A stretch of DNA of 64,000 nucleotides, taken from Hadesarchaea archaeon (GTDB taxonomy: Archaea > Hadarchaeota > Hadarchaeia > Hadarchaeales > Hadarchaeaceae). A program made the position numbers and the translations under genes. The DNA lies in assembly GCA_030619825.1 (NCBI GenBank), contig JAUXAS010000002.1, forward strand, positions 3,363-67,362, read 5' to 3'. This document shows, one piece after another, positions 48,955 through 56,839 of the stretch. Each line of letters begins with the position of its first letter. Position 1 is the stretch's first letter. The notes under the pieces were generated by a model. The model was given only the letters and a program-made list of their open reading frames with translations, ran no database searches and had not been told where the DNA came from.

Positions 48955-49437
48955 ATGTCATTCATAGGGGAAGAGCCTATGGTGCGATTATTTGGAAAAA
49001 AGAAAGAGGCACCGAAGGCTGTGGCGGCATGCACCTGCCCGTTGTGCAAGTTTATGGATTTGCTCGAGCCCGAACTAAAGGGTAAGCCGTATGAAGAATC
49101 CCTGCTGAAGTTCATCATCTCCCCAACAAACGTCGGCGATGAATCTCCCAAGGAGATCGAAAAAAGGGCTAAGGATGCTGTGAAAAAAGGGAAAATCGAG
49201 GAAGCAAGGATTTCCTACCTTACGCTGATTGGCAATGCCCTTGCAAAAGAAAATGTGTCAGCAAAGGATGTTAGGGGATACCTAGAGGAATACAAATTGT
49301 TCTTAAAAAAGCATAAGCTCCCTGCTACAGAGTATTATCCATCAGTGGAAGATTGCTCAAATGTAATGAATCACGCTGATGAAATTATAGGTGTAGTCAG
49401 AAAGGCTTATCAAGAAGTGAAAAGTCCCGAGAAATGA
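48955..49437 (+). CDS. Hypothetical protein
   Basis: 160-aa ORF, CxC..C near the N-terminus, helical Lys/Glu-rich remainder. Lower GC than the core genes. Confidence 0.4.
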   Translation: MSFIGEEPMVRLFGKKKEAPKAVAACTCPLCKFMDLLEPELKGKPYEESLLKFIISPTNVGDESPKEIEKRAKDAVKKGKIEEARISYLTLIGNALAKENVSAKDVRGYLEEYKLFLKKHKLPATEYYPSVEDCSNVMNHADEIIGVVRKAYQEVKSPEK

Positions 49438-49489
49438 ATACGTCCCGTTCTTACTAGCCATCAAAAATGCGCCGGTCATTTTTAACCTA

Positions 49490-49545
49490 TGGTGCGGTAT
49501 TAAGGGTTTGAACCCAGATTTGTACCCTCCAGAATCTTTCCGTAC
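49490..49545 (-). repeat. Decayed copy (e) of the tRNA-Leu 3' half (att-like)
   Basis: Plus strand TGGTGCGGTATTAAGGGTTTGAACCCAGATTTGTACCCTCCAGAATC, compared with TGGTGCGGGGGAGGGGATTCGAACCCCCGAACCCCTACGGGACCAGACCCTGAATC at the tRNA gene. Same orientation. Confidence 0.6.
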
Positions 49546-49592
49546 AACAGATAAATACCTCCTTCCCTCTAACTTTGTAGTGAGGGTGAAGC

Positions 49593-50447
49593 ATGTCCAT
49601 AAACGTTGTAAAAGCCGATGGGCACGTGGAGGGATTTCAACCAGAAAAGATAACACGAACCTTGCTGAAAGCTGGGGCAAGTAGGGAAGTTTCTGAGCGG
49701 ATTATCAAAGAAATTAAGACTAGGGTCTATGATGGTATCACCACCAAGAAAATCTTGAAGCTGGTAAAGTCCCTGCTCAGAAAGGAAGAGGCGAGAGCGG
49801 CGATGCGCTACGATCTCAAGGGGGCGATGATGCGCCTTGGTCCAGCAGGCTTCCCCTTTGAAACTTTCGTGGCTAATGTCTTAGAGCACTACGGGTATAA
49901 GACGAGGTTGAGAAGTATCCTTCAAGGCAGGTGCGTAAAACATGAAGTCGACATCATCGCTGAGGAAGCTAGCGAAGAAAGAATCAAAAGATACCTCATC
50001 GAATGCAAGTATCGTAATACCTCAGGCACCTTTATCGATCTCAAAGATGCTCTTTACACGTATGCGCGTTTTTTGGACCTAAACGAGGCAAGTGAGTTGG
50101 GTAAGGGAACAAAGTTCGACGGGGTTTGGCTTGCCTGCAACACCCGGGCCTCTTATGCTGCAAGACGCTATGCTGACTGCAAGGGGATGAGGTTACTATC
50201 CTGGCTGCACCCCAAAGGTCAAGGTTTAGAGCGGCTTGTGGAGGAAAAGAAGTTATATCCAGTGACGATCCTGCCCTCGGTCGACAGAAAGACCTTGGAA
50301 AACCTGTCCAGAGCCGGTTTAATGCTCGTCAAGGACCTAATAATCCGTGATTTGAACACCCTTCGAGAAAAATCAGGGGTGAGCAAGGAGAAACTTAGGA
50401 GGATAATAAAGGAAGCTAAGGACTTGATGTCTGAAGCAGCCAGTTGA
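49593..50447 (+). CDS. ATP-cone domain fused to a PD-(D/E)xK (Mrr-like) nuclease core and a C-terminal helix-hairpin-helix
   Basis: VVKADGHVEGFQPEKITRTLLKAG...TKKILKLV is an ATP-cone. HEVDIIAEE...YLIECKYRN is D...ExK. LSRAGLMLVKDLI...L..KSGVSKEKLRRI is HhH-like. Confidence 0.65.
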   Translation: MSINVVKADGHVEGFQPEKITRTLLKAGASREVSERIIKEIKTRVYDGITTKKILKLVKSLLRKEEARAAMRYDLKGAMMRLGPAGFPFETFVANVLEHYGYKTRLRSILQGRCVKHEVDIIAEEASEERIKRYLIECKYRNTSGTFIDLKDALYTYARFLDLNEASELGKGTKFDGVWLACNTRASYAARRYADCKGMRLLSWLHPKGQGLERLVEEKKLYPVTILPSVDRKTLENLSRAGLMLVKDLIIRDLNTLREKSGVSKEKLRRIIKEAKDLMSEAAS

Positions 50448-50691
50448 GGGTTCTGAAGATTTTTTTGAGAGGGCCCCGAACGACCGAGCCTGTGAAACCC
50501 TTCACACGATTCGACTCCCGATCGCGCGCAAAGGGCTTTTTTATGGAGTGCGAGCGTCATGGGGAGAACTGTTTTCCTCGAGAGAGTGCCAATTTGTCAA
50601 CTCTCTATCCCTCCTCCAAGCTAAAGGAGGAAGACTGCTACAAGACTTTCGGCAAATCTTAACGATACCCCCTTTTTTACTGTTTCCACTT

Positions 50692-50745
50692 TGGTGCGGG
50701 GGAGTGGATTTAAGCACCAATTTACTGGTAAAAATCCTGCAAAGA
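50692..50745 (-). repeat. Decayed copy (d) of the tRNA-Leu 3' half (att-like)
   Basis: TGGTGCGGGGGAGTGGATTTAAGCACCAATTTACTGGTAAAAATCCTG. The first 13 nt are identical to the tRNA 3' end and the rest is AT-shifted. Confidence 0.65.
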
Positions 50746-50915
50746 TGATTTAATCGATCACTGTAATAAACTAAACTATTTGAATGAGCGAGGCCGAGAA
50801 TTTTGTTTATCCACGCACGTTGTTGTTTAGACCTCTTCTCAGCTCCACGCCCACGTTATAGACATCCTTGAGAAACTGACTGTGTGAGCAATAGAGATCG
50901 GGGGATAAAACTACC

Positions 50916-52817
50916 TTAAAACGCCAGTCTTTGAAAGATTTTAGGCCCAAGAGTTGAAATGATTTCTACGCAGGTAGCGAGGGTGAACTTAATCATGTTC
51001 AGTGTCTCGCGTATATCGCCGACAGTTAATGGTTTAAAGACGTGGTACATATAATTCCGAACAGAACCTTTTATCAATTTGAAAGGATAATTATTGCTAC
51101 CCTTCAATTGATCGAAATCGAAATTGAGGTCAAAATTTATTGTTGCTTTGTCTTGTTTTCCGGATATGATTTTTATATATTCTACGGTGTTTCTTGTGGT
51201 TTCCATGATGTAACTGGTAAGCGGTCTGTTTTTGTATCTTATAGTTAATTGGATTGTTTGTGGACCCAATATGGCAAGGAATCTTGTCATATCTACGACT
51301 TGATGCATTCTTATTTTCCTTGTGCATTCTTCAACGCGGGGATCTGCCATTGATTCTATAAAGACTTTAAACTGAGTAGCCATATTTTTGGAAGATACTT
51401 GTTGAGAAAAGCCTGCTTTAGCCAAGAATACCAACTGAACGATTCTGTCCATTATAAACTTAGACAGCGACGTTTTTCTAGCGTCTCTTTTCTGAGTGAC
51501 TGCAAGCCAGTCAAAGAAGGTGTCCGGTGTCCAAAACTTTCCTATACAGTAAGTTCTCAGTTCCTCAATTTGTTGTTTGCTTATTTTCGGTGATTTAAAT
51601 ACAGAATTATTTTCATCGTATTTGGTCCAATCGCGTTCGAAGATTAAACTCTCTCTTTCTAAAGACTCATAGAATTCGGTCCCGGGAAATGGTGTTGCGA
51701 TACCGAACGCCGCGCTCATCAAGCCTATTTTCTTAGCGTATGTTGGAAATTGCTTTATCTCTTCTTCGCTCTGATCTGGTAAACTTATTACGAAAGTGCC
51801 TGCAGCGACGCCACCGGAATCTCGAATTACCTGTATGGCCTTTTTTTGCATTTCAGTGTTTATTCCTTTGTGCGTTATATTTAGATCTTTTAAATTCGGA
51901 CTTTCGATTCCCATACAAAAATGAATAATGTTATTGTCACACATTTTTTTAACGACTTCAGGGCGTCTAGCCATTGAATCTACCCGAACCATGGCATGAA
52001 ATACTATGTCAAAATTTAATTCGCTTAATAAATCGCAAAAACGGTCAACTCTCTTGGCATCACCCATAAAATTAGGGTCTCCTATGAGGATACATAGAGG
52101 TTTCCCTTTGTGTATCCCATTGTATATTTGATCGATTTCTTCTATTACGTTTTCCGGAGAACGATAACGTTGGCGACTTCTGCTCATACTCGGTTCGCAG
52201 CAAAAAGTGCAACGCCCCCAACACCCACGAGACGTGTGAATCTCATCTACCTCCCTATCCCTTATAAGAGGACTAGTGTATTTGTGTCGTCTAAGGTGTC
52301 GTGCAGGGAAGGGAAGCGAACCCAGGTCTCCAATCAATGGACGATCGGGATTATGAATCACCTTATTGTTCTCTTTGTAAGAAATACCTAGAACACCCTC
52401 AGGAGAACCCCTTTGGACCAGTTCCTTCATCGTTAATTCCCCTTCACCACGGACTACCATATCAACTTGTTTATGTGAAAGCAATTCATCTGGAATAGCA
52501 GTCGGGTGATAGCCCCCCAACACTGTTACAATCCCCCTCTTTTTGGCAATCGAAGCGATACGCAAACCACTTTTATGTTCGGTTGCTGACATTGAGATTC
52601 CCACTAAATCGGGACGAAATAAATCTAGGAAATACAGAAACGAATGGCGTTTTTCGTGTGACATGTCAAGTACATTTACCTCATCAACGATATCTTCAAT
52701 CGACGCTGCGACATATTCTAAGCCTATTGGAATCAAAGCCAACGCAAACCCTAATCCCGTTCTTCCTGCTGGTTTCACCAATAAAATTCTTCTAAAAGCC
52801 ATTCTTATCATATCCAA
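50916..52817 (-). CDS. B12-binding domain radical SAM protein with a long C-terminal extension
   Basis: B12-binding region LVGISMSATEHKSGLRIASIAKKRGIVTVLGGYHPT and radical SAM cluster SRGCWGRCTFCCEP. The gene is AT-rich. Confidence 0.85.
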   Translation of the reverse strand: MDMIRMAFRRILLVKPAGRTGLGFALALIPIGLEYVAASIEDIVDEVNVLDMSHEKRHSFLYFLDLFRPDLVGISMSATEHKSGLRIASIAKKRGIVTVLGGYHPTAIPDELLSHKQVDMVVRGEGELTMKELVQRGSPEGVLGISYKENNKVIHNPDRPLIGDLGSLPFPARHLRRHKYTSPLIRDREVDEIHTSRGCWGRCTFCCEPSMSRSRQRYRSPENVIEEIDQIYNGIHKGKPLCILIGDPNFMGDAKRVDRFCDLLSELNFDIVFHAMVRVDSMARRPEVVKKMCDNNIIHFCMGIESPNLKDLNITHKGINTEMQKKAIQVIRDSGGVAAGTFVISLPDQSEEEIKQFPTYAKKIGLMSAAFGIATPFPGTEFYESLERESLIFERDWTKYDENNSVFKSPKISKQQIEELRTYCIGKFWTPDTFFDWLAVTQKRDARKTSLSKFIMDRIVQLVFLAKAGFSQQVSSKNMATQFKVFIESMADPRVEECTRKIRMHQVVDMTRFLAILGPQTIQLTIRYKNRPLTSYIMETTRNTVEYIKIISGKQDKATINFDLNFDFDQLKGSNNYPFKLIKGSVRNYMYHVFKPLTVGDIRETLNMIKFTLATCVEIISTLGPKIFQRLAF

Positions 52818-52892
52818 TAATTGTGTTCCACCATGTATTTCAATTGTCTATAATAGCTTTCACGATTTCAGAACACACTATGAATTAATACT

Positions 52893-53037
52893 GTACTTGC
52901 AAATCCCGGATCGCTACGTCAACGCCATCTGCGGCCGCGTTCCAGCGAGCGTCCTAGCGCGGCACTACACGGACTACTCGTTCGAAAGACTAAGGAAATC
53001 TGTGAAAAGGCTAATCTGGGGGTGTTGGATGGCTAAA
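52893..53037 (+). pseudogene. C-terminal fragment of an archaeal tyrosine integrase, with a frameshift
   Basis: IPDRYVNAICGRVPASVLARHYTDYSFERLRK, then after a +1 shift ICEKANLGVLDG-stop. Only about the last 45 codons are present. The fragment is GC-rich inside AT-rich flanks. Confidence 0.6.
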
Positions 53038-53346
53038 GTCAAAATGCGGCAAATCAAATCACCAAAAATATGAAAATTGAACTCGCGCTTTTTGAGATAG
53101 CAAGTGGGGATCTTGAAGCTGCAAGGGACTTGAAAATAGTGCAGAAAGAGGATATAAAATACTGAAAAAATTCCGAGAATTCTTTAGAAAATTGAAGTTG
53201 AGGACCAAACTGTGCGGACAAATGTATGTACACGCCGCTACCGCAAGCGCATAAATTTGACCCTTCCCGCCCGATTTGTGGCAACAGCGCGTGAAAAAAA
53301 TACCTTTGTCCCGTTTCTGCGAAATGGCGATTGATGAACATTTGAA

Positions 53347-53386
53347 GTGCGGGGGGATAGGTTTAAGCTACCGTTTAAATCTACCG
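53347..53386 (-). repeat. Decayed copy (c) of the tRNA-Leu 3' half
   Basis: GTGCGGGGGGATAGGTTTAAGCTACCGTTTAAATCTACCG. Confidence 0.55.
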
Positions 53387-53444
53387 AAATGAAATTTTTA
53401 TGCCTAAAAACTGCCTAAATCTTGCTCCATTGGCTATTGAAGAG

Positions 53445-53487
53445 TGGTGCGGGGGAAGAGATACCGACTACCGTTTAATTCTACCGT
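53445..53487 (-). repeat. Decayed copy (b) of the tRNA-Leu 3' half
   Basis: TGGTGCGGGGGAAGAGATACCGACTACCGTTTAATTCTACCG. Confidence 0.6.
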
Positions 53488-53529
53488 ATTTAAATGGCAA
53501 TGTTTGCGCGACCGGCTTTTGAGTTTTAT

Positions 53530-53572
53530 CCTGTGGTGCGGAGGCAGTGCTTGTGGTTTAAAATTATTTTAT
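53530..53572 (-). repeat. Short copy (a) of the tRNA-Leu 3' end plus flank
   Basis: CCTGTGGTGCGG is identical to 55438-55449 (includes 4 nt beyond the tRNA 3' end), followed by ..GTGGTTTAAAA. Confidence 0.45.
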
Positions 53573-53585
53573 CCTCGTCTATCTT

Positions 53586-55175
53586 CTACTCCCAAGCGAG
53601 CATGTCCTCAGAATGCGATTCTTTGATGGACTCCAGCAATATCCTCTTCATTTTCTTCTTCGTGTGGTAGTCGTAAACGACCTTAACCTTCTCAAGCGTG
53701 AAAGGGTTCAGACCCGTCCAGTACATACACGATGAGACCGTCATGGGTGTGGGCGTGAAAAGCTGGAAATGCTCTATGTTCCGCAGCCGCGCTAACTTTT
53801 CACCCAACAATTTAACCTGTCCCTCATCGTCGCCAGGATGGCCTATCATGATGTAGTACCTCAGTGTCTGCTTCTTACCCTTGTTCAAGGAGTTGAAGAG
53901 ATCCACGAACTTGTCGAACCTCGAGTTGTCCTTGTTCATGAGCCTCAGGACCTCGCCCGAGAAGTGCTCCGGGGCTATCTTCAGAGTGCCCGAGATGTGG
54001 TGCTCTGATAACTCCTTTATGTACTCCTCGCTGTCCAGCGCCAGATCGTACCTTATGCCGCTCCTAACGAAAATCTTCTTCACGCCAGGAATCGCCCTAG
54101 CCTTCCTTAACAACGATATCAACCTCCTGTGGCTCCTGTCCAGATCGGTGCATCGCCAGCAACTTTCGCCGCACCTCTTCTCACAGTCCATGCCATACAT
54201 GTTCGCCGATGGGCCGCCGAAGTCGTCTATGTAGCCCTTAAAATCCGGATGCTTCGTCAGGCCCTTTATCTCCTTTAGTATGTTTGCCTCAGACCTCGAG
54301 ATTATCTCGTCACCCTGATGGAGCGCGATGGAGCAGAAATTGCACCCGCCTATGCACCCCCGGTGGGTGACGACGGAGAACTTGGCCATCTTCAACGGCG
54401 AGTGCGGGTGCAGCTTCCTCGTGTAGCCCAGGGAATATATCCAATCCAAGTCCTCGGTTGTGTAATCCGGGTATCTATATTGCAACACGTAGTTGTTTTT
54501 GTACTCCTGGGCCTGGTTCTTGTAGTTCGAGAAGGCCACCTGCATCTGGCAGAACTTTACCTTGTCCTCTTTCACCTCTTTGAAAGACGGCAGCATCCCG
54601 AAATTGGCGTCGACCGTCCGGGATAGGATGCACGTGCCCCGTATTCCCCGCAGGTCCTTCCTGTCCCTCAATCTGTCGGCAATCTCGATGGCCTGCTTCT
54701 CGCCGTTACCGTACACCAGGATGTCGGCCCTCGAGTCGAGAAGGATGCTGCACCTGACGTTGTTGTCCCAGTAATCGTAGTGCGCGAACCGCCTCAGGGA
54801 GGCCTCTATGCCGCCTATGACGATCGTGCTCGACTTGAAATGCCGCTTTACCCCGTTGCAGTATACGATCACGGCCTTGTCCGGCATCTTCGTGACGGAG
54901 CTGTGCCTGTCGCCGACCCGCTTCTTCTTAAGCGGCGTGTAGTTGTTCACCATGCTGTCCACGGAACCCGAGGTGACGCAGAAGCAGAGCTTCGGCGCGC
55001 CGAGCCTGGTGAAGTCCTCCTCGGTCTCGGGCTGCTCGATTATCCCCACCTTGTAACCCTTGGCGTCTAGGACCCGGGCTATGACTCCCGCGGGTGAGAA
55101 GGGGTGGTCGTCGTAGTAGTCCGCCGTGAGGAGCACTATGTCGAAACCCGCCCCAGTTTTGGCTATCATCGTCAT
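53586..55175 (-). CDS. YgiQ-family radical SAM protein (UPF0313)
   Basis: N-terminal FDIVLLTADYYDDHPFSPAGVIARVL, cluster HRGCIGGCNFCSI and the C-terminal YgiQ pattern. Confidence 0.85.
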   Translation of the reverse strand: MTMIAKTGAGFDIVLLTADYYDDHPFSPAGVIARVLDAKGYKVGIIEQPETEEDFTRLGAPKLCFCVTSGSVDSMVNNYTPLKKKRVGDRHSSVTKMPDKAVIVYCNGVKRHFKSSTIVIGGIEASLRRFAHYDYWDNNVRCSILLDSRADILVYGNGEKQAIEIADRLRDRKDLRGIRGTCILSRTVDANFGMLPSFKEVKEDKVKFCQMQVAFSNYKNQAQEYKNNYVLQYRYPDYTTEDLDWIYSLGYTRKLHPHSPLKMAKFSVVTHRGCIGGCNFCSIALHQGDEIISRSEANILKEIKGLTKHPDFKGYIDDFGGPSANMYGMDCEKRCGESCWRCTDLDRSHRRLISLLRKARAIPGVKKIFVRSGIRYDLALDSEEYIKELSEHHISGTLKIAPEHFSGEVLRLMNKDNSRFDKFVDLFNSLNKGKKQTLRYYIMIGHPGDDEGQVKLLGEKLARLRNIEHFQLFTPTPMTVSSCMYWTGLNPFTLEKVKVVYDYHTKKKMKRILLESIKESHSEDMLAWE

Positions 55176-55441
55176 CCTCAGCTTATAGTATGCTTTGGCT
55201 CAAATAATCTCAGTCGGGAAAGGGGTTTGGACCACTGAACAAGCATGTTGTTATATCACGTATCAAGAAAGCTAGCTTTGGTGCCATGCAGAAGCTGAGC
55301 CTAGAAAAATTGCTTTAGATTACTCTCACCCAGGGCATTTTCTGAAAATGAAATATTGGCAGTGCTGCCTGTTTCTCAGCCTAGCCGACACAGTTTCTGC
55401 TAAGGGATGATGGTTTGGGAGGGTATCTCAAAATAGTCCTG

Positions 55442-55529
55442 TGGTGCGGGGGAGGGGATTCGAACCCCCGAACCCCTACGGGACCAGACCCTGAATCTGG
55501 CACCTTTGACCTGACTTGGCTACCCCCGC
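55442..55529 (-). tRNA. tRNA-Leu (anticodon CAG), class II with long variable arm, CCA encoded
   Basis: GCGGGGGTAGCCAAGTCAGGTCAAAGGTGCCAGATTCAGGGTCTGGTCCCGTAGGGGTTCGGGGGTTCGAATCCCCTCCCCCGCACCA. 7-bp acceptor stem, anticodon stem CCAGA/TCTGG with loop TTCAGGG, T-loop TTCGAAT. Confidence 0.9.
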
Positions 55530-55613
55530 GGCTAAAACTTCCCCACCGAGCGGCTTTAATTTTTCGAGAGCAAGGTATATGAAACCAGGAAACAATCAAA
55601 ATTTGGGAACGAT

Positions 55614-56792
55614 ATGCCTTTCAACATAGATATAGTGACGTGGATATTCATCATGATCATTTTCTTCACCATCTCCATCTTCCTCACCCCTCGCATGATA
55701 GGGCTCCAAGCACGCATGGGGCTTGGGCAGCTGCGCAAGTCGGTCCGCGAGCTCGAGGGCTTGGCGAAGGAGAGCAGAAGGGCCGCGCTCCGGGCGATAA
55801 CGAAGCACGGCAAACCCAAGCGTGATGTCGAGCGGGAGTTCGACAATTTCTTGGAATTTTTCGCCATAGCGCCGGTTAGCGAGGATCCGGTGGGGGTGCT
55901 TCGCAGGATGGAGCATGTGTTAGATGTGCGAAAGAAGCGGTTCGAGGGCGTCGTCGCGCGCTTGGCTCCAAACGCCGAGCCCGAAGCCGCCGCCAACTTG
56001 GAGATGACCATCGAGGGGGCAATGGCGAGCTACACCCTCTATCGCCTGGTGCGCCACTTCACGTTGCTGGCCGAGAAGACGAAGAGCTACCAACTCGTCA
56101 TGCTCCTCCAGATGCAGCTACCCTTCCTGAAGGAATATGCGAAAGCGTTCGTGGATGCGACGAAGGCGTTCGTTGCCGGAAAACCCATAGGTGACGGGGT
56201 CGGGGCGATGACGGCAACCAAGCTCATCGGGGATGCACGCTGGGAGGAACCCATCGAAGGTACCATCTACGCTGAGACGAAGTTCGACGGGCGGAAGCTC
56301 CTTATCGTCAAGGCGAAAGGGCCCGGGGGGAGGGTCGGCAAACCCGGCGAGCTGATCAAACGCTTGGTCGGGCGAAGCAAGATAAACCGAATCATCATGA
56401 TCGATGCCGCCCTGAAGCTCGAGGGAGACACGAGTGGGCAGGTGATCGAGGGCGTCGGGGCTGCGATAGGCGGGCCCCCCACGGAGAAGTACAAGATCGA
56501 GGAGATCTCGGTGAAGCGCAAGGTGCCGCTGGACGCCATCGTGATCAAGGAGTCGTTCAAGGAGGCGATAAGGCCCCTCAACAAGCGCCTCGCCCGCGCG
56601 GCCGAAGTGGCTGCGGAGCGGGTGAAGCAGGCGGTGCAGGAGCGGACGAAGCCGGGCGATGTAGTAATCGTCGCGGGCATAGGGAACACGATAGGGATAG
56701 GGCAGAGCACCGAGGAGCTGCCCCAGGAATTCCCGGCGGCACCCGAGAAGAGGAAGAGCGAAATCGAGTCAGATCTCCTACCCTTCCGTTAA
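55614..56792 (+). CDS. DUF1512 family membrane-anchored protein
   Basis: N-terminal TM WIFIMIIFFTISIFL. Conserved archaeal pattern ...FFAIAPVSEDPVGVLRRMEHVLD...GPGGRVGKPGE...IGGPPTEKY. Confidence 0.7.
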   Translation: MPFNIDIVTWIFIMIIFFTISIFLTPRMIGLQARMGLGQLRKSVRELEGLAKESRRAALRAITKHGKPKRDVEREFDNFLEFFAIAPVSEDPVGVLRRMEHVLDVRKKRFEGVVARLAPNAEPEAAANLEMTIEGAMASYTLYRLVRHFTLLAEKTKSYQLVMLLQMQLPFLKEYAKAFVDATKAFVAGKPIGDGVGAMTATKLIGDARWEEPIEGTIYAETKFDGRKLLIVKAKGPGGRVGKPGELIKRLVGRSKINRIIMIDAALKLEGDTSGQVIEGVGAAIGGPPTEKYKIEEISVKRKVPLDAIVIKESFKEAIRPLNKRLARAAEVAAERVKQAVQERTKPGDVVIVAGIGNTIGIGQSTEELPQEFPAAPEKRKSEIESDLLPFR

Positions 56793-56839
56793 CTCGACTT
56801 TTAAGCGATGAGATTGATATTTTTTAACAAGTGGTGGAT

